From contig JBHHUY010000010.1 in the NCBI GenBank assembly GCA_046753965.1, positions 1 to 24,000 of the forward strand: a stretch of DNA of 24,000 nucleotides. The letters run 5' to 3'. A program made the translations under genes and the position numbers. Positions within the stretch are counted from its first letter, which is position 1. Each line of letters begins with the position of its first letter. A model generated the notes under the pieces. The model saw only the letters and a list, made by a program, of their open reading frames with translations. It was not told the DNA's origin and searched no databases. Below, piece after piece: positions 20,440 through 24,000 of this stretch. Source of the DNA: Phycisphaerae bacterium. Lineage in GTDB: Bacteria > Planctomycetota > Phycisphaerae > UBA1845 > UTPLA1.

Positions 20440-22977
20440 GTGTTGAAAAGAACGAGCGAATGCCTGCTCACCGCGTTGTGCTGGTGGTGCATCGTCCCGA
20501 ACGCTTCGGCCGCGCCACTGAACGGGCGGGAAGTTTCGGAGGACATCTTCTACCAGTTCATGCCGATCGCATGGCGAGATTCCGACAACGACCCTTTCCG
20601 CTTCGGCGATTTCGACGGCATGACCGCGTCGCTGGACTACCTGGAGAATCTGGGTATCACCGCCGTCTGGATGAACCCGATCTTTCCATCGCCTGCTTAC
20701 CACGGCTATCAACACGGCCCCGGTGATCAGATCAACGCGCGCTTCGGCACCGAGGCCCAGTTTCTCAACTTCGTGCAGCAGGCACACGCGCGCGGAATCA
20801 AGGTGTTCATCGACTTCGTCGTGTATGGGATCAGCCAGGATGCGATCTGGTTTCAGGACGCCTTCGGGAATCCGTCCAGTCCGTATGACAACTGGCTGGC
20901 GTTCACCAACTCGGGCAACACGAACTACCTCGGCAGCGTCTACACCACCTGGAACGGAGACACCGTCGGGTTCATTCACTGGAACCTCGACCATCCCAAC
21001 CCCACGGGCCTGGTCACGACGTGGGCCCAGCACTGGCTGGATCCGAACGGCGACGGCGATCCGGCGGACGGCATCGACGGGTATCGGCTCGATCATGTCT
21101 GGGAGCAGTACCCAAGTGGCCCGAACGGCTGGGGCTACAACCTCGACTGGTGGATCACCTGGCGGGACAACTTGCGCACGGTCTATCCCGACGTATTCAT
21201 CTTCGCGGAGCAGGCCGATTGGGGCATCACGGGGGCCAACCTGTTGCCCGCCTTCGACGCAACGATGACCAAACCGTGGGAATTCGCCGTCCGAGACGCG
21301 CTGTCCAACGAGGACGCCGGGAGTCTGTACAGCCAGACGGCTGCCACGCTGGCGTCGCTGCCGAGCGGCAAGTACTTTCTCGGCATCATCGGCGATCACG
21401 ATGTCGATCGACTGACCTCGGTCATCGGGGGCAGTCTGGAGAAAGCCAAGGCGGCCGCCGCAGTGCTGCTCACCTCCCCCTTTCCGCCGATGATCTACAC
21501 CGGCGACGAAATCGGCATGCTCGGCTTCAAGGGGAACTACGGAAGCGACGCCAACGACATTCCGATGCGCGAGCCGTTCAAGTGGAACGCCGTCGCCGGT
21601 CCTCCGATGAGCAACTACTGGGTGCTCAACAGCCAGGCATTCAACAATGCCTACTCGTCGAACAACGACGGCCGGTCGGTGGAAGAGCAGTCGGGCGTGG
21701 CCGGTTCACTGCTGGAAGAGTACAAACTGCTGATCGCGGCGCGCAAGGCGCATGTCGCCCTGCGCCGCGGTACCTACATTCCGATCACGGCGACCACGAC
21801 GCGCGTCTGGGCGTTCCTGCGCTATCAGGACAACACGGAATCACTGATGGTCGCCGTCAACCTGCGCGGCAGCCCGACCACCTTTGACCTGGATCTCTCC
21901 GCGATGGTGATTCCGGGCGGCTCCACGACCGTGCAGGATGTGATCACCGGCCAGCTCCTGCCCGACCTCAATAACGCAAACAGGAACGCTTATCAGATCA
22001 CGCTGGGCGCTTATCGCTACCACGTCCTGGCGGTCAACCTTCAGCCGCCTGCGCCCGATCCGACCGCCATCGACGGAATCGACATTCCCGACAGCTTCAC
22101 CGCCGCCGAAATCGTCGCCACCCAGGACAATGCCACCGGCCTGGGCGACAACATCTCCGAGTTGGATCAGTTGTTCGTCCGATTCGAGGTCGATGGCTAT
22201 CGCGTCGGCATCACGGGCAATCTCGCCACCGACGGCACCGGGCTTGCCCTCTTGTTTGACACGATCTCCGGCGGGCAGAACGTCCTGGACTTCAACGGCT
22301 TCGCCCCTCCGCCGGCCGGTCCCGACCAACTGACCGGCCTGCGTCTGGACGGTGGATTCGCGCCCGATCACATGATCTTCGTCAACACGTTCGGCGGCAG
22401 CATCTGGGTCGATCAATACGTCCTGCCGACCGGCAGCCCCGCCGCCAAGACCTATCGCGGCACAGGAACGGTCAACGACGGCGACGGACTGTTGACCGGC
22501 GGCACCAATCCGAACGGCATGCAGGTCGCGATGAACAACACCAACAGCCTCGGCGTTACGGGCACGGACCCCTCCGGCGCGGCCACGGCACGCCACGGTT
22601 TTGAGATGTTCATCCCTTACGCGGACATCGGCGCCGCAGGGCCGGGTGCGACGGTCGGCGTTTCCGCCTTTATCATGGGATCCAGCGGTGACGTGAGTAA
22701 CCAGTGGCTTCCGGGCTTGGGCGGAGGACAGTCCAATCTGGGCGTGGCGCCGGATCTGACCACGGTTCCCGGCGATCAGTTTGTCCTCATCGCGCCCCAG
22801 GTGCCCGGCGATCTGGACGGCGACGGCGATATTGACTTCGTCGATCTCGGCTTCTTCGTCGGCGTCCTCGTCGGCACGGATCTGGACGCCCAACACATCG
22901 CTCGCTCCGATCTGAATCTAGACGGCAACTCCAACGGAGAAGACGTCTCGCTGTTTGTCAGTTTAATGCTTCCGTAA
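20440..22977 (+). CDS. Secreted GH13 alpha-amylase-family glycoside hydrolase with an unassigned beta-rich middle domain and a C-terminal dockerin-like module
   Basis: GTG 20440 lies 5 nt after GGAGGAG and is followed by a signal-peptide-like LKRTSECLLTALCWWCIVPNASA. GH13 regions: YHGYQ, GIKVFIDFVVYG (region I), GIDGYRLDHVWE (region II, nucleophile Asp), VFIFAEQ (region III, Glu), IIGDHDVDR (region IV). The C-terminus DLDGDGDIDFVD...DLNLDGNSNGEDV gives two EF-hand-like dockerin repeats. Confidence 0.8.
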   Translation: MLKRTSECLLTALCWWCIVPNASAAPLNGREVSEDIFYQFMPIAWRDSDNDPFRFGDFDGMTASLDYLENLGITAVWMNPIFPSPAYHGYQHGPGDQINARFGTEAQFLNFVQQAHARGIKVFIDFVVYGISQDAIWFQDAFGNPSSPYDNWLAFTNSGNTNYLGSVYTTWNGDTVGFIHWNLDHPNPTGLVTTWAQHWLDPNGDGDPADGIDGYRLDHVWEQYPSGPNGWGYNLDWWITWRDNLRTVYPDVFIFAEQADWGITGANLLPAFDATMTKPWEFAVRDALSNEDAGSLYSQTAATLASLPSGKYFLGIIGDHDVDRLTSVIGGSLEKAKAAAAVLLTSPFPPMIYTGDEIGMLGFKGNYGSDANDIPMREPFKWNAVAGPPMSNYWVLNSQAFNNAYSSNNDGRSVEEQSGVAGSLLEEYKLLIAARKAHVALRRGTYIPITATTTRVWAFLRYQDNTESLMVAVNLRGSPTTFDLDLSAMVIPGGSTTVQDVITGQLLPDLNNANRNAYQITLGAYRYHVLAVNLQPPAPDPTAIDGIDIPDSFTAAEIVATQDNATGLGDNISELDQLFVRFEVDGYRVGITGNLATDGTGLALLFDTISGGQNVLDFNGFAPPPAGPDQLTGLRLDGGFAPDHMIFVNTFGGSIWVDQYVLPTGSPAAKTYRGTGTVNDGDGLLTGGTNPNGMQVAMNNTNSLGVTGTDPSGAATARHGFEMFIPYADIGAAGPGATVGVSAFIMGSSGDVSNQWLPGLGGGQSNLGVAPDLTTVPGDQFVLIAPQVPGDLDGDGDIDFVDLGFFVGVLVGTDLDAQHIARSDLNLDGNSNGEDVSLFVSLMLP

Positions 22978-23210
22978 CCGCCGATAGGCAACAACGAAAC
23001 CCCGAGCACGATTCGAACCGGATGCTGACAGAGGTTCGCCTGTTGTCACCGTTCGAAACGAAGGCAGGCGATGTGTGAATGCTGCCTCAGGAATCTACGC
23101 GCAACCCGGGACGTCTTGTTCTTGCTGTCCGCCTGCAGAACGCATGACCACCCACACGGGAGGCGGACGCGACAAGGAATGCTCGTCTCCCTTCGTCTTT
23201 GACGCCTGCT

Positions 23211-23231
23211 CCGCAAGGGAGGTTCTTGCGG
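23211..23231 (-). terminator. Short hairpin immediately after the DUF420 gene stop codon (possible terminator)
   Basis: CCGCAAG (23211-23217) is the exact reverse complement of CTTGCGG (23225-23231), with a 7-nt loop. It lies 5 nt beyond the stop codon at 23237-23239. No clear U-tract follows, so support is weak. Confidence 0.25.
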
Positions 23232-23236
23232 TCGGC

Positions 23237-23665
23237 TCATCCCACCTTCATGTCCCATTGATACAGCATGAGATAGACGATCACGCCGGTGATCGAGACA
23301 TAGAGCCAAATGGGCAGGGTCCGGCCCGCAATGCGCCGATGCCGCTCGAATCGCCGCCGGACGGCGTGCGTCAGGGTGATTCCCACGAGAACCGGCACGG
23401 CCGCGGCCAGCACCGTGTGTGTGAGAAGAATGGTAAGGTAGACCGTCCGGACGGTCCCGCCATGTGTGAATCGCACCGAGCCGACCTGGGCGTGATAGAT
23501 GAGATAGCTGACGAGAAACGCGGCCGAGACTGCGACCGCGCCGAGCATACATGCCTTGTGAGCCCCAACGCGTTTCCGACGAATGAGGATAAAGCCCGTG
23601 ACCAGCAGGACCGCGCTCAGGGTGTTCAGCGCCGCATTCAGGTGCGGCAGATCTTCGACGCTCAC
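23237..23665 (-). CDS. DUF420 family membrane protein (cytochrome c oxidase associated, CtaM-like)
   Basis: The pattern LPHLNAALNTLSAVLLVTGFILIRRKRVGAHKACML...FLVSYLIYH...ILLTHTVLAA...HRRIAGRTLPIWLYVSITGVIVYLMLY matches the DUF420 four-helix family. The GTG start overlaps the upstream SCO gene's stop codon (GTGA). Confidence 0.8.
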   Translation of the reverse strand: MSVEDLPHLNAALNTLSAVLLVTGFILIRRKRVGAHKACMLGAVAVSAAFLVSYLIYHAQVGSVRFTHGGTVRTVYLTILLTHTVLAAAVPVLVGITLTHAVRRRFERHRRIAGRTLPIWLYVSITGVIVYLMLYQWDMKVG

Positions 23666-24000
23666 CGGTTGTGCTCGTTCAGGAGTGATCGGATATCGGC
23701 GATCAGCTTGCGTTTCGTTTGTTCAGACATGGGCTTGTCGATGACTTCCGCCCTGGGCAGCCCGAACACTTCCTCGTCGCTGACAACCTCATAAGTCGCA
23801 CGGAGCCGGCCTTGCCGATCGACCAGCGCGAAGCGCGGCGAGTGTTCGACGGCATGGGATCCGTCGCCCTCGGCGGCGGTCAACAGGAACCCTTTGATCG
23901 AGAGGTCGTGAATCTCGCGCTCGCTGCCGGTGAGGAAGTACCAGTCAAACGGGTCGGCCTGCTTGAGGGTCGCGTACTCCCGCAGAATCTCCGGCGTATC
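23662..24000 (-). CDS. SCO1/SenC family thioredoxin-fold copper chaperone, C-terminal part (5' end lies beyond the window)
   Basis: The frame is open from the window edge. My translation is DTPEILREYATLKQADPFDWYFLTGSEREIHDLSIKGFLLTAAEGDGSHAVEHSPRFALVDRQGRLRATY. This matches the SCO1/SenC C-terminal pattern (D.PE.L..Y......W.FLTG....I......F......H....LVD..G.IR). The track ORF 23662-23883 is only the part after an internal TTG. Confidence 0.75.
   Translation of the reverse strand, partial: DTPEILREYATLKQADPFDWYFLTGSEREIHDLSIKGFLLTAAEGDGSHAVEHSPRFALVDRQGRLRATYEVVSDEEVFGLPRAEVIDKPMSEQTKRKLIADIRSLLNEHNR

Noticed and set aside
23010-23019. GATTCGAACC, the reverse complement of the tRNA T-loop hallmark GGTTCGAATC, and a second TTCGAA at 23052-23057.
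   Set aside because: The flanking bases do not form a T-stem (TCCGG versus CGTGC). I could build no acceptor, D or anticodon arm on either strand. The two TTCGAA copies give only about a 7-bp stem around a 33-nt loop.
23046-23794. ORFs 23046-23552(-) and 23075-23794(+), which overlap the DUF420 gene.
   Set aside because: The DUF420 frame gives a clean four-helix family match. These alternatives are out-of-frame or antisense with Arg/His/Gly-rich translations.

Overview
High-GC bacterial chromosomal segment made almost entirely of conserved housekeeping and envelope genes. I see no CRISPR array, tRNA/rRNA, transposase, integrase or recognisable defence genes. By strand and order: (1) an isolated anti-sigma-28 gene flgM (-) with a candidate sigma-28 promoter, followed by stem-loops. 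(2) A divergent pair: a geranylgeranyl-reductase-like flavoprotein (-) and a PreT/GltD-like Fe-S flavoprotein (+). (3) An envelope-lipid-looking module. A LAB_N small membrane protein and a membrane-anchored CX5R phosphatase lie on (-) with an ATGA start/stop overlap. They are divergent from a DPM1-type GT2 glycosyltransferase and a 533-aa BshC-like protein on (+). (4) Directly downstream on the same strand is a reduced dcw cluster: rsmH, a LysM-domain bitopic protein, ftsL-like, ftsI, murE, murF, mraY, ftsW, murG. It has no mraZ, no murD between mraY and ftsW, and no murC/murB/ddl/ftsQ/ftsA/ftsZ after murG. (5) A secreted PQQ-like beta-propeller protein. (6) A secreted GH13 alpha-amylase-family protein with an unassigned middle domain and a C-terminal dockerin-like tail. 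(7) A convergent DUF420-SCO1/SenC cytochrome-oxidase-assembly pair; SCO1 is truncated by the window edge. The truncated FtsZ-less-looking dcw cluster, the dockerin-tailed glycosidase and the propeller protein suggest a Planctomycetota-like origin, but this is a low-confidence inference. The most novel-looking item is the uninterrupted 11-gene plus-strand run 5093-18485, in which the GT2 and the BshC-like protein replace mraZ at the head of the dcw genes and a LysM protein is inserted. That claim rests on gene context and motif reading by eye, not on any search. Many long ORFs in the supplied track are antisense or alternative-frame shadows typical of high-GC DNA and were rejected.
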